A DNA stretch of 63,765 nucleotides, filler included, from Craspedostauros australis (Eukaryota), in assembly GCA_030167865.1 (NCBI GenBank). It is 5 parts of 5 records of this genome, joined end to end, with 100 filler letters (N's around TTAATTAATTAA, not from the genome) between each part and the next. Parts side by side here need not be neighbours in the genome. Positions count along the whole stretch, not along the records: positions 13,538 to 42,388 come from JALAGF010001243.1; 4 more parts are not named here. One strand, given 5' to 3'. Under the pieces are notes generated by a model. It was not told the origin of the DNA and did not search any database. It saw only the letters and a list, made by a program, of their open reading frames with translations. Below, one piece after another: positions 19,922 through 33,236 of the stretch. The translations under genes were made by a program, and so were the position numbers. Positions within the stretch are counted from its first letter, which is position 1; the number at the start of each line of letters is the position of its first letter.

Positions 19922-22768
19922 ATGTTGCGGTCTGTTCTGAGGAAGCAAGGACTTGCCGTGAGGCATCCGCACTCGTCTGCTACTGCCAATTGCCATGGCA
20001 AGACGAACGCTTTTGACTTCTCTCAGCAGGCGAGCAAGATGACGGCAACGAGAACGCCTTGTTCCGCTCCTCCATTCGGCGGCTCTTGCTCCTGTTCCTT
20101 TGCTGCGTGCTGTTCTCATCATTTCCGCCGCAGCGGCGACAACAGTGGCAATAGCAGTGGCGACAGCGACAGCAGCTACGGCATTAGCGATAATGCAGGC
20201 ACGTCACAAGTATCAAGAGTGACATGCAGCAGTCCACCTCGCATGGCTCTGCATCTTGGCACCATTAGCGGATCATGCGCCATGACAGTCATGCCAACCA
20301 TGTCCAGCATGCCAACCATGCCAACCATCGGCATCCACAGCCACCCATTCGGAATACGTTCGCAGCAGCTTCGCAACAAGGTCTTCGTGAGCAAGCACAA
20401 CAACCTCAACATCACTTCGCAGAACATCATTGATTACTGCGAGATGCACGGCATCCACAAGGGCGAGATGCGCATTACCAACACGCACGTCATCATCAAG
20501 GAGTGCCCATTCTGCAATGCGTCCGACAGACCGACCAGGGGCAAGGCCAGCAACCTCTACAAGCTCTACGTGCAGATCGGGGGCGGCGCCTACTTCTGTC
20601 ACAGGTGCGCACACAGCGGCAGCTGGTACGATTTCAAGCTCAACCTCGGCGGTTCGCATCAGGTGGAAAGCGGCAACATCAATCCAGCCGGCAGGCAGGG
20701 ATCATCGCAAGGTCTGCAGTGGCAACCGAGTCCTGGCACATCGCAAGGACGAAACCAGTACGCTGGTGCGGGCATGAACATAAGTGCGAACGCACCAAAG
20801 AACGAGTCCGTACGCTGTCTGCCAATGCCCGAACCCAGATTGGCGGCGCTGTATAGCTCGCTGCTGCTTGACATGGACGGCGCCGACAACGGGGGAAAGC
20901 CGAACAAGGTACTGGACTACTTGATCAACGAACGCGGATTGACGCGGCAAACGCTGCGCACCTACGGCGTGGGCAGCGCCACATACAAATTCCCGACCGA
21001 TTCTGGTTACGAATCTGCCGATTGCGTCACCTTCCCGTGGATGCTCAAGGTCGGCGATGTCAAGATACAGGAGGAGCTGCGCGGTGCCAAGTTTATTCAT
21101 TCGAACCGCAACGCGCAGGTCGAAAGCGGCACCACTGCTGCTAGTGTACCTGCCAGCGCCTCGTCGCCATTATCAACAGACGACTCCAAAACGACAGAAA
21201 CCGCGGCAGCCATCACCGCCCGCAGCGAGACAACGGGGGAAGAAAACAAGGATGCGTCGATTCGGAAGAACGATTCCGAAGAGACAACTGACAGTGACAC
21301 ATCGAAAACAGCTGACACCAAGCCTGATCCTGACGATTTCTTCATCACGCGAAGGATCAAGGTCCGCGCCGTCGAGCAGAAAGGTTGGCAACGGCTCGAT
21401 CCCTCCGGAGGAGGGTGGGGTCTGTTTGGATTTCATACTGTGCCCGACGATTGCAAGGAGGTCATCGTGACGGAAGGCGAGTACGATGCGATGGCTGTAC
21501 GCCAGGCGACGGATCGCCCTGCCGTGTCGCTTCCCAACGGTTGTCGGTCGCTGCCGGTCGAGGTATTGCCGTTGTTGGAACGCTTCGAGAAGGTCTACTT
21601 GTGGATGGACAACGACGCGCCTGGGCTGGAGGGTGCCGAGAAATTCGCCAAGAAGATAGGTCTCGGCCGAGCCTACGTTGTCCGTTGCGAGGAAGCGAAG
21701 GATGCGAACGACGCCCTTCGCATGGGCTTGGACCTCAACAAGTACATCGAAGAAGCGGAGCACATCCAGCACGATAAAATCCTCACCTTCAAGAACCTGC
21801 GCAAGGACGTGCTGCATGAAATCATGAATCCAAACGAATACTCCGGAATACCAGTGAAGAGCCTCCCCATGCTGACCAACACGATTAAGGGATTCCGAAA
21901 AGGGGAGCTGACCGTCTTCACGGGGCCAACAGGTAGTGGCAAGACGACGCTGCTGGGCCAACTGTCGATCGATCTTGCCGAGCAGGGGACCAATTGCCTC
22001 TGGGGCAGCTTCGAGATCAAGAACACGAGATTGATACACAAGCTGATGCAGCAGTTTGGCAGAGCACCGTTGCCCGTTGCCGGGACCGACGATGTCGAGG
22101 TACGACTGAACGCACTGGCCGATCGCTTCGAGAACCTCCCGCTCTTCTTCATGCGCTTTCATGGCGGTTCCGACATTGACGAGGTCATCGATGCGATGGA
22201 GTACGCCGTGTACGTTGACGACGTGAGTCTCATTATCCTGGACAACATGCAGTTCATGATATCGAGGAACGTGTCAACGAGGTCATCGTTCGACAAATTC
22301 GACGTGCAGGATTTGGCGATCGAGAAGTTCCGCAAGTTCGCGACGGAGCACAACGTCCATCTCGTGCTCGTCGTTCACCCTCGCAAGGAAGACGAGACCA
22401 CCAAGCTGGGCATCTCGTCGATTTACGGTTCCGCCAAAGCAACCCAAGAGGCCGACACGGTGATGATCTTGCAGTTCGATGGACGGCGTAAGTACATCGA
22501 CATCAAGAAGAACCGTTTTGACGGAACGACGGGCGTCACGCCGCTCTTTTTCGACAGAAAGACTGGCAGATACAGTGAAGATGAGCGCATGTTGGACGAC
22601 GACGAAGGTGAGCCGTTTACAATGCGCCCTGGTGGTGGCGGCGGCAAAAGACAGCCTCGACGTCCACCACCACCGCCACCTCCTTCGCCGCCGCCTGAGG
22701 GTAGCGGCGTTTGGGATAGGTGTCTTTCGCCAGGTGACCTGGAATTGCAGACATGGGATGGTAAATAG
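19922..22768 (+). CDS. TWNK: Twinkle organellar DNA primase-helicase (T7 gp4-like)
   Basis: Zn finger CPFC...CHRC; TOPRIM motifs VTEGEYDAMA, WMDNDAPG and KDAND; SF4 helicase motifs GPTGSGKTT, GSFE, ILDNMQF, VVHPRK, GSAKATQEAD and KNRFDG; Arg-rich presequence MLRSVLRKQG. Confidence 0.93.
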   Translation: MLRSVLRKQGLAVRHPHSSATANCHGKTNAFDFSQQASKMTATRTPCSAPPFGGSCSCSFAACCSHHFRRSGDNSGNSSGDSDSSYGISDNAGTSQVSRVTCSSPPRMALHLGTISGSCAMTVMPTMSSMPTMPTIGIHSHPFGIRSQQLRNKVFVSKHNNLNITSQNIIDYCEMHGIHKGEMRITNTHVIIKECPFCNASDRPTRGKASNLYKLYVQIGGGAYFCHRCAHSGSWYDFKLNLGGSHQVESGNINPAGRQGSSQGLQWQPSPGTSQGRNQYAGAGMNISANAPKNESVRCLPMPEPRLAALYSSLLLDMDGADNGGKPNKVLDYLINERGLTRQTLRTYGVGSATYKFPTDSGYESADCVTFPWMLKVGDVKIQEELRGAKFIHSNRNAQVESGTTAASVPASASSPLSTDDSKTTETAAAITARSETTGEENKDASIRKNDSEETTDSDTSKTADTKPDPDDFFITRRIKVRAVEQKGWQRLDPSGGGWGLFGFHTVPDDCKEVIVTEGEYDAMAVRQATDRPAVSLPNGCRSLPVEVLPLLERFEKVYLWMDNDAPGLEGAEKFAKKIGLGRAYVVRCEEAKDANDALRMGLDLNKYIEEAEHIQHDKILTFKNLRKDVLHEIMNPNEYSGIPVKSLPMLTNTIKGFRKGELTVFTGPTGSGKTTLLGQLSIDLAEQGTNCLWGSFEIKNTRLIHKLMQQFGRAPLPVAGTDDVEVRLNALADRFENLPLFFMRFHGGSDIDEVIDAMEYAVYVDDVSLIILDNMQFMISRNVSTRSSFDKFDVQDLAIEKFRKFATEHNVHLVLVVHPRKEDETTKLGISSIYGSAKATQEADTVMILQFDGRRKYIDIKKNRFDGTTGVTPLFFDRKTGRYSEDERMLDDDEGEPFTMRPGGGGGKRQPRRPPPPPPPSPPPEGSGVWDRCLSPGDLELQTWDGK

Positions 22769-23172
22769 AATACTACAATGTAATAGTACCAATAGATTAC
22801 TCGCAGTACGTATACATTTACAAATACCATACTCTATGGTCGACGCAGGCGAGGATTCGTCCAGAGCACGAACCCCGCAACACGACGTTGATACGTACCA
22901 CAGTGTGCCAATAGACGTGCGATTGGCGGCCTGGGCATTTCTTTTGGTCTACCTAACGTAGAGTGCGATGGCAATTGTTTCAACTCAAAGCACGGTATGA
23001 GCCACGATGGTGAGATGAAACGGGATGACTGTGGCATTGTATTGACTGGTAGATCTCGTGAAACTGCTCACCATCCTCTTTGAATATGGAGTGTTCTAAC
23101 ATTCTTTGCTCGCAGCGCATACACTAGAGTATAGTAGGGTACAAGAACATGCATCCGTATGCATCAGAATCC

Positions 23173-24296
23173 TCACACTTCGATCTCCTGACAAAGCTTG
23201 GCGACCTTGCCGGGTTCCAGAGTTGGAGAGCCCAGTATTCCAGGCTCGACGCAGATCATGTCGACGTACTGTGGCCGTTGTTGTTGTTGTTGTTGTTGTT
23301 GTTCGTGGTGGTGGAAGATTTGCTCGGAACGTGTGAGATGGGAGGCGAGACGCAGACAACAGAGCGGGGCAACAATCGCATAGACAACCCAACAAGCGAC
23401 GCATGCGAATGCATGGGACACAAGTATGAGTAGTATGTAACGCGGCCGCATACGGTAGCACACGCACATACATGCACAAGACGAACCTGATCATCGCCGA
23501 AGTCGCTCATGCTGGCCGCGTTGTCCTTGAACGGATTCCAAACGACGCAGGAAACTGGAACCTCCTTGCCATCGACCGTGCCCGTCGCGACCATCTTGAC
23601 GGTGCCGGCACTTCCACCAACGCCAACCGCAACATCGACCTTGTTGGTGCCGCTGGGTGGTTCGTAGACACGATCCGTCAACGCATCCAGCACGACCGAA
23701 TCCGATCCGCATATCTTCCCGGTGTTGGCACTGTCGATCTTGTCGACGAGGTTGTATCCCTCCAACCCTTTGACGAAGCACTTGGTGGGATCGTACGCCG
23801 CGTGGTCATCGACATGGAAGTAGGTATGCTGCAGCGTTTGGAACTCGAATGCCTTATCGCCCGTGTTCTCGAAGGACAGGGTCGTGATCATCTTGGTGGG
23901 CGTGATCTTGATGTCGTACGTGCAGACGCAATCGAATGCGGTGTCCTCTGCCCAGATGCCACCGCGCGCCTCCTGCACGGACTTGAGGGCGAGCTGGTAG
24001 GAGACGCCCGCGGCCTCGTCGTCGTCGAAGGCTTGGAGCTGCGTCCACGTGTTGCGGCGCAGGAATCCGTGCTGCGGCATGGACTTGTCGGGCTGGCCGA
24101 ACTGCGGGAAGACGAGCGGGATGCCGCCGCGGATGGCCTTGCTGCCGTCCATCTTGGCATCGCGAGACAGGAACAGGCATTCGCGGCCCTCGGCGCCCGC
24201 CTTGAACGAGATGACCGTCGCTCCGTAGCTGTGGATCTTGCACTGCGAGCCGGACTTGCTGTGCGTCAACGTGAAGATGCTGGTTTGGTCTGTCAT
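23173..24296 (-). CDS. D-hexose-6-phosphate mutarotase (glucose-6-phosphate 1-epimerase). Exons 24296-23487 and 23268-23173
   Basis: Motifs YGATVISF, KAIRGGIPLVFPQFG, QHGFLR, LQHTYF, DRVY and VVWNP. The intron splices to give MSDFGDDQ|YVDMICVEPG. Confidence 0.92.
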
Positions 24297-25061
24297 GGTG
24301 GATCGGATCTCTCTTGGGACGAAGATTGCGAATGTTATGAGTACGACCTGTGTACTGACACTTGCACTTGCACTTGCACTTGTGCTTGCACTTGCGAACA
24401 GGAGTAGTCGTAGTGTGCGCACATTCGAGGATGGCGCGATCTTCGACCTTCGACCTGCGGTCTGGTTGCGTCCAGCCGAGCGGGGAAGAACAGGAAGCAG
24501 GAAGATGCGATGGGCAGTGAAACGGCCGTGACTGCGTCTCGATCGTATCTTGTGGATTGCATTCGGATATTAACGAACACGGACAAGACCAATTTAACGG
24601 GTCGAAGCACTCTTTGACGGACGAATATACGTTTTCGGACAAAACGGGTTGGCAGGGAATTTCTTCGAAGAATTGCGACAACAACGACCATGGCGACATC
24701 CAACAACGACGAGACAACCACACGAGGAGAAGACGGCAAAATGAATCAGCACCCAATCCACAAAAAGCTACTCAACGCAACAGATCGCAAAGGAGCACAT
24801 CCGCTCACCTCTGGGCAAGAGACCAGTCTCCACAAACGTCCCAGAAATCCTTCCAACGAATTGGAATCCAATCGAGTTGATTGCATCATTGCTGGATCCA
24901 TTGCTTGATCCGCTGATTGGTTGGTCCGTTCAACTATCACTGGTCGAAGGGCTACCATATCGTGATCGCACGACTACCACACTCGTACCACACTCGTATC
25001 ACCACGCAAGTACGGGGATAACAGACGAACCAAGGATCGGGTTGGATGCGAATGGGGCAAG

Positions 25062-26878
25062 ATGGATTCCCAGGAGGATCCCTACGAAGTGCTGGGCGTT
25101 CCCAGGACAGCCACGGCAGTTGAGATCAAGAAGGCGTACCGCAAGAAGGCTTTGCAGTGAGTGAGAGCGATTATACGATGCGGCTGCCGTCGTGCATTCA
25201 TGGATACACTATGTGCAGCGTACATTGCTTGTTGCATATTGCTTGTCGCATATTGCCTGTTGCCTGTTGTCTGTTGTTTTGAAGTGCACAGCTGCATCGC
25301 TGCATCGCTCCACCAATGTAATGCAATGCAATGCGTTGCCATGTCGACAAAAGCGCGAAGAGTGGTCCTTCATAAAGTATGTAAGCTGTTCCTACACAAT
25401 ACCGTATCCCCGCTGCTCCGACTCACCCATGCCTTCCGACCAATGTTCTATCTACGCTGCAACACACTACAATACACTACCGTCACAGATGGCATCCAGA
25501 CAAGCAAAAGAATGAGGCGGACAAGCAGCAGGCCAACGTCATGTTTGCAAAGATCAGCAACGCCTACGAGATCCTGGGCGACGAGCAACGGCGACGGGAG
25601 CACGACGATGCGCAGGCGAGTGGGCGAAGGCGACAAGGCGATGCTGCGTTTTCATCTGCATCGGAGGGATTTGGTCAACCGGCAGGAGCTTCGTTCCACC
25701 AACGGCAGCAGCATGGCTTCCATCACAACTTCAATTTCCATGATCCATTCGAAATCTTTGCGCAGGTCTTTCGTGACGAATTCGCAAGATCGAATGCCTT
25801 CAATCAGCAACCTCATCAGCAGCGACATCAGCAACAACAACACCAGCAGCAGCAACGACAGCAGTTTGGAGCATCGCCCTTTGGTGGAGGTCTATTCGAT
25901 GATCCTTTCTTTGGTGGCGGCGGTGGCATGGGCGGATTCGGTGGGATGGGAATGTTTGGTGCCATGGGCGGTGGTTTGTTCGGAGGCGGCCAAGGCATGG
26001 ATCCGTTTGCATCGCATATGATGATGCATCAGACCACCATGAACGGCATGATGAATGGTGGAGGAATGGCCATGCCAGGATTTGCATCCACCTCCTCCAC
26101 CACCACATCCAGCATGTCCTTCGGTTCATCCGGTGGCAACAATCCCGTAGTTTCGCGAACCTCCTCAACGCGCATTGTCAACGGCCAACGCACAACCGAG
26201 GTCACGCTCCGACGAGCAGATGGCACAGTGGAACGTCACGTCGAAAGCACCAATCCACCATCCACCAATGTGCAACGACTTGCGCACAGTGCCCCACAGC
26301 AGGCGCAGCGGCGACAACAGCAACGCATGCAGCAGCAGCAACAGCAACAACAACAACGACCATCGACAAGGAGTGGACGAAGGAAAAATGATGGTGCCGC
26401 TGCTGCGGTTGGTATACATGGTGAAGAGCAGGAGAACGAGGACGATGATGCAGCCACCGACTTCGACGTTTGTCTTGGGAACAACGATCACCCCGGCACG
26501 ATAGCTCTGATACAGGCGGTCGACAGAGCGCTGCAAAAGTACCCCGATGATGCAGACGACGCTAACCGTTATCGCTACGTGCGAGACAAGATGATGGGAC
26601 GACGGTACTTCCTCACTCTGCCAGACAACACGTTCCTCCTCACAGCCGATCAGATCCAGGACATGATCATACAAATCTTGCACGACCGTACCAACAGGAT
26701 TCCCAGACAGAGCAGCAGCGGCAGCCGACGCGACACTGGTGGATCTGTCCCAACAACGAGCGAAGCAAGACGTCCGAATGCAAATGACATGAACGTTAAG
26801 CCACGAGGTGTCGCCAGAGGCTCGTCGATTGACAAGATGCAAGAAAAGTACAAACCGCCATCGAAGCGGCAAAAATAG
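25062..26878 (+). CDS. DnaJ/Hsp40 (DNAJB6-like J and G/F domains) with an extra C-terminal domain. Exons 25062-25156 and 25489-26878
   Basis: DPYEVLGV..EIKKAYRKKALQ|WHPDK across a GTGAGT...ACAG intron; FAKISNAYEIL; DPFEIF; G/F/M-rich region; STRIVNGQRTT. Confidence 0.92.
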
Positions 26879-29800
26879 AAAGCGACTTGACGTCCCCACA
26901 TGCTGTGTTCTCAACGACGGTTAGGAGAGGGTATCAACTCAAGAGAGTGCGAGCAGTGACATGCAATAGCACGAGTGAGTGTTCCAGAGAACCAAGTAAT
27001 CGCAGTAGAGTACGTATGCTGTTTGTTGTACATCATGTATTTTCTCTCTAGAGAAAGGTTAGAGTGAATCAAGCTACGTCTATGTGGTAGTGGCGGTGGC
27101 AGTGGCTTCGATGTATCTGCCCTTGCACGCCCTGTACGTATATCTCAGGCGAGGCCGTTCTGATGCAACGGCGCACACTCCGTGGTTGGATGTCGGGCAC
27201 TTCCCTTTGCTCGAAGGAGTTTTCAGTGACGATCATTCGTTTCATTCGATTGCCTCAAGCATCTTTGTTCGTCCTCGTCCTCCGCCGTCTGTGTTCCCTC
27301 TGCGATCTGGTGGTGGTCCTTGCAGTCGCTGTCGTTCTTCTTCTGTTGCTGCTCGCACTGTTGTTCCTGCTGTGATTCCTGCCGCGGACAACGGCATCCC
27401 TTCCCCGGGTTGCATCGCTTTGACATTCGTCATGCACACCATTCGTCATACGGCACATGCGCAATCGGATGATGTTCTGTATGAATGCCACCTCTTCACT
27501 GCGAAACCGCATGTATCGCAGGGCACGGATGAAGTCGGCGTATCGCTTGTGGAAGTCCCTGCTTTGATGGCTGCATTGCTGCAAGTGGCGACGTATTCTG
27601 CGTCTCTTGCGTTCGCGCAGCGTATTGCTGCTGTTGCTGTTGTTGTCACTGTTGCTATTGTTGTTGGACGATCCCATGATGGTTGACCGAATGAGGCGGC
27701 AGCTATTGCAGAGATTGCTGAGAAAGCGGTGGAAGTATGGAACCGTTGGTGCGACACTGCCTCTACGATGGCTGCTAGCCTTGAAATACCGCCTGAACAG
27801 CTGATCGATGCTGTTGAACAGATGCTTGTTTTGTGATCGACATTCAATTGATGTGTGTTGACGTTGGTTGATGTTCGTTGATGGGCAACAGACATCACTG
27901 CAACGGAGGAATCGGCGGGCCCCTGTCGCAGAGGCGTGCGTGTGTGCACCGCGCTGCCTCCGCCATCCGACAAGCAGAAGGGAGAAACCGAAAATTACCA
28001 CGTTGCAACCATCGCTTGCGCTCGCGTATCTTTCGACCTGCAAGCACACGTGTGCACAAAGCAACAAACGAAGGTTTGAAATACAGTGCCGTCATCGTTG
28101 CACCACACTCCCGAGGATGGATTCATCATCATCATCATCATCGAAGGCAATTCCCTCAAAATGTGATGCGTGGTTTCCATGACTCCCAAAGAAAGAACAT
28201 GGATGTTAAATCGAAAAGGGGCGCGTCGTCATGTCGACGTTGGCAGGATGCGTGGCGACACGACGTCACACAACACGCACGATGTGTCCGCGTGGCAATG
28301 TCATTTGAAATCCAGATTTGTTAACGGTTGTTAACCGACACAAAGTCGCGAGTTGATTTCAAAGCGAGCTCACCGTCGTCTTTCATTTTGGGTGAATCCA
28401 ACCAATCGCTCTGCCAGAGTACTCTAGCAATGTCTGCACAGGCAGCACCAGCAGCAAGTGGTAAAAGTGAAAGAAAGAAGTTGTTTAGTTCCACATGCCT
28501 CTTGGAATGCAATCTGCGACGAACACTATGTAGGATTGCTGTGAGTATGCTCAAAGCAGCCGATGATGACAGCTGCATCTGAACCGTCGCCCACGTCGCT
28601 CTCCATTCATCCAACTTCGATTTCATGAAGACAGATCGCAAGAAAGCATTGCCCTGGATTGGTAGATCTTGTGATTGGAGATTGAAGAGTCAGATCTCCA
28701 GTTTTCCTCGAATGTCGTCTCCCTCTCTCTGTCTCTCCAGTGCCCCACGCACACTATTGGTGTTCAACGAAGAGAGAAAGCAACAAGAGGAGAAAGAAGG
28801 CACGGCATGGGCGCCGATTGGGAAGGATATTGCTCATGATTCAAACGCAAACGATAGATAGAAAGATGGATAGAGACGGTAGAGTGATCAGCGATGTCGC
28901 CTATGCACAGCCCATACTCAACTCTCCCCGATTTTTCTGTTCTGCGGTACTGCCTTCTCCCAAGTTCTTTCCCAAACTTGTTCTCCTGTCGATACAGAAG
29001 CAAAGTTCTTTTCGTTTTCCTACGACACCGCAGGCGGTGCCTTCCCACACACTGACACTGTGATTGTTGGTGCTACTACACACCTGTGATGCACACCACT
29101 CCTGCTGAGGAACACGCATGACGATGATGATGTCGTTGGTTGTCGGCTTGTGAATCTCCTGCTTCTTCTTGTTCGTGTTCTTTCGTGAAGAGGAGACGAG
29201 CGAGTTCGCCAGGATGCGTGTTACAGGGGACACGACCAGATGGCACGTTTTCGCTTTGGCTGAGTTGTCCGCTCTCGAATGACTCGAATCGAACAGTTCA
29301 TGCCGATGACGTCATACCTCGAATGAGTATGGCGACTATCCCTATCCAAAGTCTCCAATGATAAACCGTTTGTCGAAAATTCGGATCGCACGTGTTATTT
29401 CACGCTGGGGATAAAACCATCAAGAAACACAACACGCACGAGGAACAGAGTCAGTTCTGAGGCGACGTCGTTGTGGTCACCACACAATCGTGGTAAGAGC
29501 AGTCCCCACCATCATCATCATCATCAGCATCATCATCGTCACACAGGCATCAACATCGCGGCGCTGCGTTTCGATGTTGTATCGGGAGGGTCGAGAGTGT
29601 GGAGTCGTAGGCCGGAACACATCATCATCTGACCACAGCCCAAGTTCTTGTACTTGTACTGTCGCGTAGAGTGGAGTAGTGGTATTGGTAGACTGAAGCG
29701 CTGCATTGCGTTGCATTGCGCGGTGTTGTGTTGTGTGTCGTCACATCAACACACCGTCACTCTTCCATCGTGAATTGTGAGCTGTTCTGACGAACACCGA

Positions 29801-30240
29801 GATCATCATCATCATTATTCCTGGAGCATCGTTGTTGCCAAGCACCTGCCTGACTGACTGACAACCTTCTCCGTCGTTCTCGTGAACAGAAGCAGCAACT
29901 GCAACAGCAACTTTGGTTGACACCACACCACAATAGCAATACAAAGACACCGCAGAAGAAGAGATCCCGTTGCCTCCTGATTTGGCTTGACTTGGATTGG
30001 TTCGGTTTGATTCCATTCATTTCACTTCGTTCGATCCGCCTCATTCAGATTGCCAGTACAGCAGACTACCAATACGGCAGAGCAGAGCAATCCAGTGGAG
30101 TACGATCCATGCACACCGCCCTTCTCATTCGGCAGCATACGCAAAGCATTAATACAATACAATACAACACAATACGACACAACATGTCAGGACAATTGCT
30201 CACAAGCCGCAAGCAAACGCAGCAGAAGCAGACGGCCACC

Positions 30241-32011
30241 ATGGGAAAGAAGGCCATGGCCGCCACGCTTCTGGCCGGTGCCATCATGCTGTCTCCCGCC
30301 GAAGCCTTTTGCGTGCGATCACAGGTCCCCCACATGCCTGCATCTGGCATCGCCGCTGCGGACAGCTCGCAGCTGAGCATGTCGGCCGTGGCGGACAGCC
30401 CCTCCACGAACAAATTCCGCCCCAACCCGGTCGTTGTGTCTGCCGAAGCGGAGGCCCTGAGCCATTCCGCCACCACAATGAAGCTCACCCCCAGCTACGA
30501 ACTCTTCCAGCTCCTGCCGGACGCCGAGGGCGGCCTCTCGCCGGAGATGACCAGCGGAAACGCCCTGCGCAACGGCAGCGCCCTCAAGAAGGACGCCGAG
30601 GACCCGCTGGAGGGCCTGCAGCTCTCGCAATTCGCCGGCTGCGGCGGCAAGCAGAAGATAGAATCGCTGCCGGATCCATTCAAAATGGTCGAGAAGGAGC
30701 TGCAGCCATTCTCCGACTCCATCAAAGAACTCGTCTCCTCCGACCAGCCCATCCTCTCCATGGCCGCCAAGCATTTCTTCGAAAAGAGACATGGCAAGCG
30801 CTTCCGCCCCACCATCGTGCAGCTCGCCGCCAAGGCCGTCGCGGCCGCCGCGCCCGAGGAGATCGTCTCCGATGACGGCAAATCCTTCACCACCGCCTTC
30901 CTCGACGGCGAGGACGCCACCGCCTTCGAAAAGACCGGAGGCGTCGCCGGTTGGCAGTGGAGCGGGGCCTCCACGATAGAGGCCGACGGCGGCGTCATCA
31001 CGCCCGACAACCACAAGGGATCCGAGGTCTGGAGACGACAGGCGCAGCTCGGCCAGATCGTCGAGATGATCCACGTCGCCTCCCTCATCCACGACGACGT
31101 CCTCGACGAGGCCGACACACGGAGAGGAGGCGAGGCCGTCCACAAGCTCTACTCCAACAAGGTCGCCGTCCTGGCTGGAGATTACCTCCTCGCCAGAGCC
31201 TCCGTCCTCCTCGCCAGATTAGAGAACACCGCCGTCGTGCAGATCATGGCCACCGCCCTCGAATCCCTCGTCGCCGGCGAGATCATGCAGCTCAAGGCAC
31301 CGCCGGAGTCCCTGCTGGAAATGGAGAGCTACCTGCGCAAATCCTACTACAAAACCGCCTCCCTCATCTGCTACGCCTGCCGATCGACGGCCCTGCTGGG
31401 CGGACACGCCTACGGTTCCAACGTCGCCACGGCCATGGAGGAATTCGGCTTCCATCTCGGCCTCGCCTTCCAGATCCAGGATGATATCCTCGACTTCACG
31501 GCCGCCGCCTCCGTCCTCGGCAAGCCGGCCTTGGCCGACATGGATCTCGGGCTCAGCACGGCACCCATCCTCTACGCGGCGCAGGAGAATTCGCATCTCA
31601 AGCCCATGGTCATGAGGAGATTCAAGAAGAAAGGGGATAAGCAGAAAGCCCTCGAGGCGCTTTACGCCAGCGACACCGCCATGGATAAGGCCAAGAACTT
31701 GGCCATGTTCCATGCTCAGGTATGTGTCATGCTCCATATGTGGTGTGGTGGCTTTGTGCTCTTTGCATAGTGTTGGTGTGCATGATTGGAGAATCCAGCT
31801 CACTCATTTTTCTTTGATTTGTTCTATCCATTTCTTTGTTCTTCCCGCTTCGAATGACAATACCCGCTGCGCATGGCAATACCCACTGCAACAACGATGA
31901 CAACAATCTTGACAACAGAGCGCGGTTGATGCCCTGCTTCGCATGCCCCAATCTGAGGCCCGCGATTCCTTGATCCGACTCACCCACGTCGTCATCACAA
32001 GAAAGAAGTAA
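30241..32011 (+). CDS. SPS: Solanesyl/long-chain polyprenyl diphosphate synthase, probably plastid-targeted. Exons 30241-31719 and 31919-32011
   Basis: GKRFRP; first Asp-rich motif IHDDVLDEADTRRG; YYKTASL; second motif FQIQDDILD. Signal peptide ends AEA-F. A GTATGT...ACAG intron gives the terminal exon SAVDALL..VITRKK*. Confidence 0.9.
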
Positions 32012-32954
32012 ACGATCATGCGCAAAAGGAACGGGCACACCGCACTACCTTGAGTTGCGACGAATTCACTGCCTGAAAGGATGCCATCTTTGGCGTTGCG
32101 AAGAATCACGATGATACATTCGGAGAAAGAATGGTAGTCCTCTGTGCCTTGCAAGGAGAGGAAATGGAATCCGACAAGACGCGATGGACAACGATAGCGA
32201 CAGTTGGTGCGGAAAACGCAACGAGTATGACGATGACAGCAAATTGATCGAGCACTTGAACCATGCGGCAATGTAATCATAGAGAATCCAACGAACTAAC
32301 CACAGCCCCACTTTATTTAATTACTTGCGGAATGCATGAAGGATCCCATGCTTGCAACAGTCGGTCTCAATGACATGCGGGGTCCGACAGTTGCCACAGC
32401 GAGCTCCCGAGAGCAACCGCTTCATGGGAATGATGGAAGTGCGAGTCCGAGCGGAACCGATCTGAGTTTCGTGTGTTCTCGGAATTTGAGCTGACTATCG
32501 TTGAAGATGCAGACACAGAACAAACCAGAAATGAAGGCCGCGGCTTGAAGAAGTACGCGTATCGAACGAGAGACACCGCAATACCTGCAAGAAGGGGCCA
32601 GCGCCAAAGGAACGATGACAAACCTGCGGAGAGTCGTGCCACGAAGCCATTGCCCACGGCGTTTCAATTATGTCTAGCTTAAATATAGTAGTATCTCATA
32701 TTTTCTGAATCATTCCTTTGTTCTCTTCTTCCTTGGATTCGGGCGAGGAAGAAATGAAGCAACACGCATTTCAACTTCTTCTCTCGACTGTAACCAGCAG
32801 TAGGTGCACTGTCATTCGCCACACAACATTCGTCCAGCAACCAGCAACCAGCAACCATAATTGCAAGCCATTACAAGAGTCACTCCAGTCTCCATTTGTA
32901 GCTGCAGTGATCACACAGCAGACAACATACTCCTCCCACTTTCGTGCACGCACC

Positions 32955-33236
32955 ATGAGATCGATCGCTTTCTCAACGGCCACCGTCGTTAGCCGAGGAT
33001 CAGCACTCCGAACAGCAACAACGACAACAGTGTCCTCCACCACCAACGCTCGCCGCTCGTTCTCCGCCAAACGGACATGGTCCTCCAAGTCCTCCACCGC
33101 AAACGCCTACAACTACATCCCGGCGTCGTACTCGCGAGAACGTCACAGTGCCACCAACAGCACCGGTCTTTGGATCGTCGGTGGCATCGGAGCTGCCACT
33201 GGGATCGGCAGCGCTGTGATCATGGCCAAGTGCTGA
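32955..33236 (+). CDS. 93-aa microprotein: mitochondrial-presequence-like region plus C-terminal hydrophobic helix
   Basis: CACCATG start context; R/S/T/A-rich and nearly acid-free N-terminus with RRSFS; GLWIVGGIGAATGIGSAVIMAKC tail. Confidence 0.5.
   Translation: MRSIAFSTATVVSRGSALRTATTTTVSSTTNARRSFSAKRTWSSKSSTANAYNYIPASYSRERHSATNSTGLWIVGGIGAATGIGSAVIMAKC

Noticed and set aside
27084..29900. Several 100-270 aa ORFs
   Set aside because: Microsatellite-driven, overlapping frames with no recognisable motifs; I cannot support a gene call.
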